Part shown: one piece after another, positions 35,251 through 46,030 of the stretch
Layout: every line of letters begins with the position of its first letter
How positions within the stretch are numbered: the first letter of the stretch is position 1
Assembly (NCBI GenBank): GCA_048013815.1
Contig: CM106585.1
Span: 15,004,001-15,068,000, forward strand
Reading direction: 5' to 3'
Length of the DNA stretch: 64,000 nt
Source of the DNA: Setoptus koraiensis
Lineage: Eukaryota > Animalia > Arthropoda
Position numbers and translations under genes: made by a program
Notes under the pieces: generated by a model
Seen by the model: only the letters and a program-made list of their open reading frames with translations
Told to the model about the DNA's origin: nothing
Database searches by the model: none

Positions 35251-38200
35251 AGTGCCAATATGCCAAGAGCACGTATGCAAATAATTGTGTCGCATAGTGC
35301 ACACACACATTCGCGGGCCGGCATTGTCCGGCGCTCAATTGACAATTGTCGGGCCGGGCCAATTGAAAACGCACAGCATAAACACACAACAATGTAAACA
35401 CACACAATGGCGATATAAACAACACAATTGGGCCGGCATCAATGGACAAGGAGACACAAATAAAGGAATGACTTCGCTCTCGAAACTCGACTCGCACCAG
35501 CGCCGACCAACTAACGGCCCGCGGCCACACCGGCACCTAGCAATTGCCGGCCGTCGCATATTCGCGCCGGCCGTCGCATATCAACATTGGCCGGCATCAT
35601 TGGCACGGCTCATCGGGCACTGGAGCGGCCACTCGTAAACGCAGCTCGCTGCCGGCCAACGGCTCGCATCGGCCGGCCAACTGGCCTCGAATTGGCAATT
35701 GAGCTCGCCTCGAATCTCAATTGGGAATTCTTTAGAATTTTCGCAGTGATGATTCATCTCATTTTTTGCGCATTCTAACAGTATTGTAAGTGACAATAAC
35801 GATGATGATATTCAACGAGCACACAAACAATTTTCGCACTGTGCCGCGCGTGTGAATTTGCACAATGTTTGCATCGGTTGTGTTCGTTGAAAAAAACATT
35901 GTAATTGTTTGCAAAAATACACACACATTCAAGGTCAACGCTTGCTCAAGTGTAAACAACAACCGCTTCACCCGTGAATGCCGCGCTGTGCTATCCACAG
36001 GTGAATCCACGCGCGACGCATGCAAATGAGACACTCGCCCAGCTCACCTGTCCGCGCGGCCTACAATTATCGCTAGCCAGCAATTACGCAACTCACACAC
36101 GCAATTCACATGCACTCACAATGACGTGTCGTCATGCGTGTGAGAGCGCCACAACAGTGACACAAAGTGACCACCTGTTGTTGACGCAGTGGTTGTCGCT
36201 ATTGTGGTTGTTGTGGTTGTCGTTGTCGTCGCTGTCGCTGTTGTCGCTGTCGTTGGTGTCGCTGTCGCTGCTCGGCCGTCTGGCCGCCGAGAGGCGCCCC
36301 GGCGGAAAGACAAGGCAAGGTGTCAATTAATTTTTGTCGCGCAACAACGTTTACACAGCGTAACAACAAAAGCAGTTACGTAACCCTCAAAGGCTCGCAG
36401 CAGAAGCCAAGCAAACACACACACATAAACGGCGCAATAAATAAATGTTGTGTCACTGCTGTCAACTGCAACACGAGATTACTTCTGATTCATTGAACAA
36501 TCGAGCACTGTCAGCTGTCACACTTTTGTCACTTTTGTCTCGCTTGTGCCACTATCGGCCGTTGCACAAACTAATGTTATATAGCGCGTTGTTGGTTGCG
36601 TATTGGCGAAAGTCAATTGGAAAATTGCCGTTTTCTTGTGTTGGTTGCGAGTCAACACAACTAACGCACAAAATTTGTCATTGTTGTCTGAATGTTGGTT
36701 TGTCGATTCGTCGAAACTCCGGCCATTGCCGGCCGAATAAATACACTGAATAGGGCACACGATTGTGCGCTATTGTGGAGGCTGCCAAGTTGTAATTGTG
36801 CGCCGCTACATAGTTGTTGCGTTGCGCAATAGACTCCTCTTTTCTTCTGACAACTGTTGTCTGGGAAAATGGCCCCATTATGGGCCGTAATGTGCAGTGC
36901 TGCTTGTAGCTTATGGCGGCTTATTGTTGCCATTAATGTGATGTGTTATTGCCATTGTTGCGAGTTGCGCAACACACAACCAGCATATATCACAAATCAC
37001 AGCGGTATTATGCTGCTGAAAACTAATATCGGTATAACTGACTCGCGAGTTGCCAGTTGCCAGTTGCGCTTCGAATTGATTGAATCGCTGCCAGAAACGA
37101 TCGCCCATTGACGGGCGGCAACTTGATATTTGCAAAAGTTGTCGTCATTTAGTTATTTAATGTGTGTCTCACGAACGGCGACAAAGTCGCCACAGCCCGT
37201 TCTTTCGGACGGTTCGTTGAGAGAGTTGTTTGAGTGCGCTGCGAACGAAGATTCTGCGAAAGAAGATTCTTTCGAGGAAAAAGAAAGTGCAAAAGAACAA
37301 TTGGCAGTCCTTTTGTGCGCCCCTTCGTACTGCGACCTGCGTTTGCCGGGCCGGCACTCGCAGGTCGCCGAAGCAGCAAATCAGTGTGACGCAACCCGGC
37401 GACCAATTGTGATGGATCGGCGACATTGATCGATTGGCCGCGCTGCTGGCCCAGCGCAATCGTGTGCCCGACCAATAGTGTGCCCGACCAATAGTGTGCC
37501 CGATGTCGCCCTCGATCGCACACACTTCCGCTCGTGGGCCCGAGCAGCCGACTGCACAGCCGATATTCGGCGGATCCGCGGCCGATATTCTGCGGATCCG
37601 CGGCCGGCATGCGGCCGGCGTGCAGCCGCCGAGACGCGACCGACAAAAGGGGCGAGTCGCGCGCGTCAAGTGACGCAATCGCCGGGCGATCGGGGGCCCG
37701 TCAGACGCACAACACGTGTGACACGTGCATCGGACGGCCACTTGTGCCGTATGGCCACGCTGGTCGCAGCGTAATCGCGACAGTCGCCGCAGTCGCTGCA
37801 GTCGCCACAATCGCGCCCACTGTCGATGACCAATTGGCTGGACGAAGCGGGGCCCGGTGGCTGGGACGCGGCGCACGGGAGCCCCATTGAAATGTGATTT
37901 TTGTTGTGACTCCTGGTGGCTGCGAACGCGTTTATGCAAGCGCATTATCACCGCCACGACCAGCACACTATTGAGGGTGGCACCACTGACTGATTATCGG
38001 TGGCCATTTGTTGGGCGCATTAATTCTGTGCCGCGATTCATGGAAGCTTCGAGAGGCAGATTCGATGATTCGACAGAGGCGATCATTGTTGTAACGGGCA
38101 GCAGCAGCAGCGACAAACAAAGGCACGCCAAGTCCATTGATGGAATTCGCACGCCAGCGGAATGCCAGCCGATAATCTGTTGCCGTTGGCCTGTTGGCCG

Positions 38201-39232
38201 GCGAGCAACGGGCCGGATAATCCGACAAGCCAGCCAACGAGCGGCCAGAGCGATGTGGCGTCGCGAGAGATACAATTGTGTCTGTTTGTTGCGCACTTTG
38301 CACACTTTCAATCATCGTGCATCACGTGTGGTTGTGACCATGCTACGCTGGCGACCAGCGGCCAGTTTGCGAAAAGAAGCCTCCGTCGGGATGGCTGCGA
38401 AACTCGCTTCGAAACTGGCTGCCAGTTCTCGTCTCGAATTCGGCCGCTCCGACGCGCAAACCTCGGCAAATCGCGAGCAAAGCCGGGGATTTAAACGCAC
38501 ACCACGGCACACAATTCAATGGCACGAATCAATGGCACACAATTCAATGGCACAATGGCAAATCTTTGGGGCGCTAAAGTATTAGCACGTGCTGCTGGCG
38601 CTGCTAATCCAACGGGCGAGGACACACAGAGACGGAGATGCGGCCGAAATGCATTGTTGTGAGCGGCCAGTGATTGCAAATCTATAAACATTGCACACTT
38701 GCAATATAATCTCGACTAATGTCACAACAACGCGCACTGGCCAAACAAAAGAAGCAACACGTTTCAGGGCCCCAGTGCGAGTTTGCAGCCACCAACTGCC
38801 CGTTCGGGCCCGTTCGAACCCAATTGGATCCGTTTGGATCCGTCTGAGATTTGTGGCTCGGACTTGGTAGCGCTGTCGGCGCCATCTGGCGACAGTTCGG
38901 CGGGTGACCATTTGCGACGGTGGGCGATCGGTTGACAGTGGCAATATATTGTTGATATATCGACGATATTGCTCGTGCAATGATATCGCAATGATCACTC
39001 TCGGACAATCATTCATCGGTGCATTGTTGTCGCGATACATTGTCTAATGATGATTGCGATTTACATTTTGCAGCACGACACTGCTGCGCCTCGTCGTCAT
39101 TATTGTTTGCGGGCCCCGGCGGCGACCGGACAACGCGCCGGTTTGGCAGGGTCGACGCTGGCGCAACCTGGCATCGGAACAATTGATCATGATTCGCAAG
39201 TGGGCCCCGTCTGCCGATCATCGCCGCCGTAG

Positions 39233-39332
39233 CGCCGAACATGGCCGAACATGGCCGAACATGGCCGAACGTCGCCGAACGTCGCCGAAGCATCGCCAAG
39301 CATCGCCAAGCATCGCCGAAGCATCGCGGAAC
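39233..39332. repeat. Polarised 10-mer array ATGGCCGAAC > GTCGCCGAAC > CATCGCCAAG
   Basis: Direct reading. Confidence 0.9.
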
Positions 39333-42300
39333 TGTCGCGAAAATCGACAATTTTTGCGCCAGAGAGCGAGGCCGCTTCGAGCGAGGCCCACTGTGAACTA
39401 TCGGTCCGTGGATGCAAATATCTGATCGGCGTCCAATTGTGTTTGTTGTTGTTGCTGGCACAGCCGACCCTGGGAGCTCCGCCGAAGTTGAGCGGTCGAA
39501 CGGAGCTCCGCCGAAGTCCAACAGTCGAGCAGAGCGCCTCCAGCGGCGTCCATTAACAGCGCCATTGTCAGTTGGCAGCGCTCAGCTTGTGTTTTGATGA
39601 ATATCCCGAACGGGCCAGGCCCAAACTTGGCTCGAACTTACCTGTTGAATGGTGATGAAATTAGTGCCGGCCGTAATTGCAAATGTGAACCATGTTTGCC
39701 TGTGCGCTGGTTGTGTCGCGGCACAGCGAGAGTTATCATGGAGTTAAGCAAACACAAACAAACAGCCACAAACAATGCAATGGATATTGTTTGCCGAGCA
39801 CTTGGCCGGATATTTATGCGCCCGAGAATATGCGTGTGCGGCAACAAGTTGCTGCTCGGCCGCTCCGAGCAGCAATTGGGACACAATTCGGCCGTTCGGC
39901 GATTCTGCGATTCGCCTGTTGGCCAGTTCGAACGGCCGAACTGGCCAACTGGAGCTCGTTTCGAATTCGAACGCATCGCTGGCCGGCATAGCGCGAGCGC
40001 TCGCAATGTAAACACAAGATTGCTGGCCAAACATCCGTCGCGTTTGTGTATATACGCGCAGTGTGTGTGTGTGTGCCCGACCGGCCGCATTCTGGTGCCG
40101 CTGGCCGGCCGGTAATTCACCACCTGGCGCGATAATTGACACAACGCGGCGTGATATCATCATCTATTAGAGACAGGCCAGCAAATGAAGGAATTCTCAC
40201 ACAAGAATTCGCGCCGCTTGTTTCGAACGCGTCCACGGTGGTCTATTAGCAGCGGCCGCTGGACATATCCCAACACTGCACTCACTTATCACTCGGCCAG
40301 CAGGCCAAACTGTCCAGTCGGCGCTGTCCAGTCGGCGCTGTCCGGCTCGCACCGTCCGCTCGCCGCGGACGCTTCGAGCGCCGCCGCCCGAGGTGCCCGC
40401 TGGACGGGCAATCTGCGCCAGGCTGCGCGCAGCAGCATGGACCGGCGTGCACCAGCGCGGACGGGCCGGCGGCCGGAGTCAAGCTGCGCGCGACAATTAA
40501 TCGCGCCGGCCGGCGCGGAATTTCTCTCTCTCTCTCTTCTCAGGTCCGCGCGCACCGAATCGCACACAGTCTGCGATGTGGCTCGCAAGTCGGTGAGCGG
40601 CCCGGCGAGCGGCGTGATTTTCATTTTTCAAAATTGTGCCAACTACAAAATGACTGCTCCAGTTGGCTGCATCGGGCCGCATTGGGCTCCAGTTGAGAGC
40701 GGTCGGCGCGTTCCCGTTTCGCACGGCCGTCAGCGACCGGCCCGATGTTGTGTTCGCGCAAGTTGCCAGTCGCAACAACAAATTCTCACTTTGGCCGCCG
40801 AGGTTCGGCCAACTCGCGCCACTGGCGGCCAAAGCAAACAACGAGACGGGACGCGGCAGCGCCAATTGGCACCTCGCTCTCTCTCTCTCTTGGCGCCTGT
40901 GGGCGCTTGTTGTCGGCGACACTCGCCGATGCGCTCGCCAGCGAGCGAGCGCCGGACGAGCGCCACACAAAGGCCCGACGAAACCCGACGAAGCCCGGCG
41001 GAGCGGCAGACTCGCGACAGTAGGAGACCCCATTGCGACACCGACTGCCGAGCTACAGTTGGGCGCTAACTGGTGCCCGCATTCGCTGTCACAGTTGGCA
41101 GCTATGACAGCGAATGTGACGGCCAAAGTGACGGCCAAAGCGACGGCCAAAGTGACGGCGTGTCGGCGGTCGCCACTGGGAGCCTTGCGCAACTCGCGGC
41201 ACGCGGTCGGCCGCTTGTTGTTGGTGGCGGCGGGGCGGCAGAGCGAGCTTCGGAGCGGTCGACAGTGGAACTGTCGCCGCGTCAATGTCAGAGGCAACAG
41301 TGACGAGATTTGTTTTAAACTTTCAACTGCACTGTTCGCGGCGGCCGAACGAGGGGCCCGCAAACAGCGCAAACAAACGGACAGACAAGGATCGCGCCTC
41401 CGAGGCACGTGCCACTCAAACGGCGCGCACTGGTCAGCGCTCGGGATTGGCGAGTTGGGGGGGGGCGCCGTGCCGACGGGCGACGCTTTCGAAGGGTGTC
41501 GCTGTCGTCGCTTCTGCTGTCAGTTTGCGCAGATAAACAGCGCCGTTGTGCGGAGAAACGGATAGGCCGGTTTGTGATGGCAGCTCGAATCACGGCGGCG
41601 GCCTCTGTCGATGCGATGGTTGGGTGTTGATTTAAGCACCGCGGGCCGCCATCGACAAGCGGCCCGCAAACGACGAGCGGCCCGCACGACCATCAACAAC
41701 AAACAAACAGATATACTGCCGATTCTGCAGATCACGAGCACGATTCGCATGATATGAATCACTTCGCGGCCGCTGTCCAGGTGCCGGTCGGGCAAACTCG
41801 GGCAGCGCTGTGTTTAAATGTTTAAATATCCGCTTTGTTTGCACATATCCGCCGTGAGCAGCGTGTGCCAGATCGATGATAGACGATCGGACGATTGGAT
41901 ATTGGCGTCGAAAGGCCACTGAGGCCGCGCTTGTTTCAGTCGGCCGCGCGCTTTGAGATGATAAAACATTTATAAGCATAAAACGCGGGAGATTGCGTGA
42001 GTTTTGCATTTATCTGCGCGTTGATCTTGGCCGACGCCGACAGGTTGCTGCGGTCGAAGTGGCAACAACAATTAAGCGACCGGCCAACGTAACGACGAGC
42101 AAACGCAACAACAAATCAGTTACATGACTCATGAGGGCAATTGCGCGGATACTCGTGAATACGCACAAATAGACGCTCGGGCAATTTGTTTGTATTTATT
42201 GCAATTCGGGCAGCCATCGCTCGAGCGGCCGCGTTAACTATCCCGATGACTAATTGAATTTGTCAGACGGCCAATTGGATAATAAAATGTGAAAATCTAA

Positions 42301-42951
42301 GCACCGAGCGATTGTTTCTCACAGCCAACGGCGCCCTGGCATCAGATGCGGCGACGGGACGGCATCACGTTTTGGCCAATCATTTGATCAAAAGATTGAT
42401 CACACGCCGATTGATTGTTTGGGCCCTCGAATTCGCCATGCAAGCTCGCCGCCGCTGCCGTGGGCATTCGCCGCTCTCGGTATCCGCGGCTGCGGGTATT
42501 CGCCGCTGTGCTTGGGGTATCGGCTGGACATTGGCCGGTGCAGATGGGTGCGCAAAAGCACTTTGGCGACCGCCTCGACCCGCGAGAATCAGCCGCCGGC
42601 CAGCCAGGCATTGGATAAAATCCAGTATGGTATCCGATGTGCGCATTTGCATTGGAATGAGAGTGATTTGCAAGTGAGAATCGATTAGTTTGCTGCGAGT
42701 GGTTGCAGCGAATTCGCAGCGCATTCGGCCAGCAAATATGATTGATCACCTGTGTGCAGCTGTTGCTAAATTGACTATCATGATCTGTTTGCATTAATTG
42801 GATAGTTAATGCCTATCATGTCGGCGGGCAACACTGCCAGTCGGTGATGTTACCTGAGTGTGTTTAGACACGCCAGCGGTGGTAATCCATTTATTTATTG
42901 TTTATTGTTGTTGTTGTTTATCCGCGCTCTGTTTCTGCTCGCCTTTCGCGT

Positions 42952-43016
42952 CGGGCATTGTCGCTGTTCGTGGGGCATTGTCGCTGTTCGTGGGGCATTG
43001 TCGCTGTTCGTCGGGC
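42952..43016. repeat. 20-mer array CATTGTCGCTGTTCGTGGGG x3
   Basis: Direct reading. Confidence 0.9.
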
Positions 43017-43423
43017 ATCTATGCGCCCATGCGACTGGAATCAGTGCGCACAGTCGAGCCCGCGACTAGCTAACTATCGCGGCCCATTAATGATAATGCT
43101 GCCCGCCATCAATGATGCGGCCGGCGGCCGCGTTCGCCCGGCTTACCCGACGCGCCGTCCACTGGGCCGTCCACTGGGCCGTCCAACGATAGAGCGAGAG
43201 AACGATAGAACGCGAGAACGGGCACAAGCGGACGGCGGCGCCCGCGAACAATGCGGCGCCTCCGTGCGCCGCAACCAACAACAACAAGCAGCCACTGACC
43301 GTCACACGGACTGAATGGCCGAGCGACTAACAACCATTCAGCTGCTCGTTTGCCTGCCCTCGACGCTCGGCTCTGGCGCGGTCTGTGATGGCGCGTACTC
43401 GCCATTTGCATAGACTGTGTTCT

Positions 43424-43495
43424 CGCCAGAATTCGGCGAGAATTCGACGAGAATCCAGCGAGAATTCGACGAAAATTCGATGAGAATTCGGCGAT
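43424..43495. repeat. 11-mer degenerate array GAGAATTCG(A/G)C x~6
   Basis: Direct reading. Confidence 0.8.
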
Positions 43496-45656
43496 GATAT
43501 TGTGTCCGAAGCCCATTGTGAGCACTGCGAGCTTGTGGGCATTGTGAAGAACGTTTTGTAGTCTACAAACTGTATAGCGATGTATAATATTACATTATGC
43601 ATTGTGGTGCACGGAGAGGCGTTGTGCGTTCGCGCCTCGCGATCGCACTGCAACGATCGCGGCCACTGCAACGGCGATTCGAGGCTCGTTCCGAAGCGAA
43701 CGTTCCATTTAAAATGCCTCACCAACGGCAATCAATCAATGCTCGCCACTACACCTGTGGCCGCGCTCACCTGTGCGCATGTTTGTTTGCAGGGGGCTCG
43801 CTGGCGCAAACAAGCGGCTCTGGCGCGGGCGTGTCTCCATGGGTGCAGTCGCCTCGTCCAGTTTGCGCTGTCCAGTTTGCGCTGTCCAGTTTGCGTTGTC
43901 CAGTTTGGGCTGTGCGGCGCAGGTAGCGCAAATAAGCTGACTTTGCTGGCGAAATCAGACCAAAATCACTTAACCTGTAAGACAAAACTTGCACTTGTTT
44001 GTTGTTTGTGCAAGCCAAGACACTAACCGGCCGATACGGTAGCCTCCCAATGGCCACTGCGCCAGCACAATACAAATATGAGCGCAAGCAACGAGAAATG
44101 CGAGACAATAAACGAGAAACAAGAAGCCACCGGCCGCTCCGCTCGGCGCAACGTGTTCATTGGCGCTCCGTTTGCCGGCCTCCCCGACAGCCGGACGGGC
44201 ATGGATGGCCCTCGGACGGGCATCGATGGCCGGCCCGGCCGGCCCACTGCCAGCAGCGACAACAGCGCCACTGCTTCGGCATTGCGATCGATTTTTCACT
44301 CTGACCGACTGACAAAAGACCGCGAATTCCAACCACTGACCCGCGATGCACACCATGTATATATACATGATGATGCCATAGAAATGTGAGGCACGGCAAG
44401 GGAAGAAGCGAGGAAATCGGGCGAGAATCGGACGAGAATCGGGCGAAAATCGAGCGAAAGTCAGACAGCTCATTAAGCAACAAAAACAATGGGCGTGCCG
44501 CGGCTGATAGCGATCCGATTGGCGATTCGAGCTGATTTGATTTGATTTAGTCGGAGTCATTTAGTGGCTCTGGCCAAGTCTGACCGATCTCATTTATCTG
44601 ATCTCTATCTGGTCTGGGACGGTTTGCGGTGTAAACAGGCCAGACGACGGCGGCGACTGAATGGAGCTCACTTGCGGTGCCCAATCAAATTGGTTGGCCG
44701 GTGCGATTGAGCGACGGCCCACCAATTTGATCGGGTCCGGCGAATCGCAACTCGCCACTCGCGAGCCAAGAGCCACGGTCAGACGATCGAGCGGTCGGAC
44801 GTTCGGACGGTCAGACAGCGGAATGGCGAAGCGGTCGGACGGTCGAATGGTCAAGCGGTCGAATGGGGAGGATCCGGCCATCATTAGACGGTGGACGCAG
44901 TGATCGCAAACAGAGCGGGTTCGCCGGCGCTCGCGAGTCAAGTTCAACAGGTGAGCGGGCGCCTATTGTTGCGAGCCCAATGCAGCTGCTGCCAGCGAGA
45001 GCCGAGACTCAAAATGAAGCGACGCGCAGAGAATGCGGCCAGTGGCGGCCCGAGCTCCGCCCAGCGCCGCCAACAGCGAGAATGGCTTCGAATCGGGCCG
45101 CTCTAAGCGCCGAAAATAGTTGCGTTGCTGCGGCCAGAACGAAGCGGCCGCGTTGGGCCGCCCGATCCGCCGACCCGCCGACCCGCCGGTTGGCCGAGCG
45201 ACTAATTGAACTTTTACAGTTGTGTGCTCGCATAAGCTACAACGGTCAGTTTGTGTGCCCGTCCGAATGAGTTGAGTCGGAATGACGGACAGAGGGCACA
45301 ATTGAATTGATTACGTTTCCAGTTTGCGGCTCGCAGATTGCAGACTTGAAATTTTCGGCAATTTGCCGCCGTTTTGGGGTCATTCGGCGGCGACCCGTTG
45401 GCCGGGCTCGAACTTGAAAGCAAGCAAGCGATCAGCGAGCGATAGGCGAGCGCGAGTCAATCATTAGAGCGGGATCATCTGTGTCGATAATCGATTAATA
45501 ATTGTTGCAACTGGCCGCTTGATTGGCATTTGGCATTGGAATAAACGACGCGCGGATAAACGGCGAGCGCACTTGAAACAGGGCGAAAAATAAACAACAG
45601 GCTGCCCGTATGCACGCGTTCGTTTGGACGCGTCGTCCAGTCGAGGCTCGGACGCT

Positions 45657-45743
45657 CGGACATGGCGGACAGCGGTCATAGCGGGCAGCGGACATGGCGG
45701 GCAGCGGACATAGCGGACGGCGGACAGCGGACATGGCGGACAG
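45657..45743. repeat. 16-mer degenerate array GCGGACATGGCGG(A/G)CA x~5
   Basis: Direct reading. Confidence 0.8.
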
Positions 45744-45952
45744 CGCACAGATATGCGTCGGATATGAGCGCGGTACGTGTTGCTCGGCGGACATGAGTTA
45801 ATTATATGGTTTGGGCATGCACGGCCGACAAGTCGCTCATTTAAGTCGCACATTTAACAGCAAATCAATGCAATTGATCCGCTCCGATTTGATTCGACTC
45901 GAATCAAATCTAATCGAAGCGCGCCGAATCGATTGCAGCCGACGCGATGCCC

Positions 45953-46030
45953 AAATTGCCGAATTGCCGAATCGCCGAATTGCCGAATCGTTGAATTGCC
46001 GAATTGCCGGATCGCCGAATGGCCAAATTG
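45953..46030. repeat. 8-mer array GAATTGCC/GAATCGCC x~9
   Basis: Direct reading. Confidence 0.85.

Noticed and set aside
1355-44956. Reading the CAGGTGAG motifs as splice donors of a hidden gene
   Set aside because: They occur on both strands and in tandem arrays, with no coherent upstream exons.
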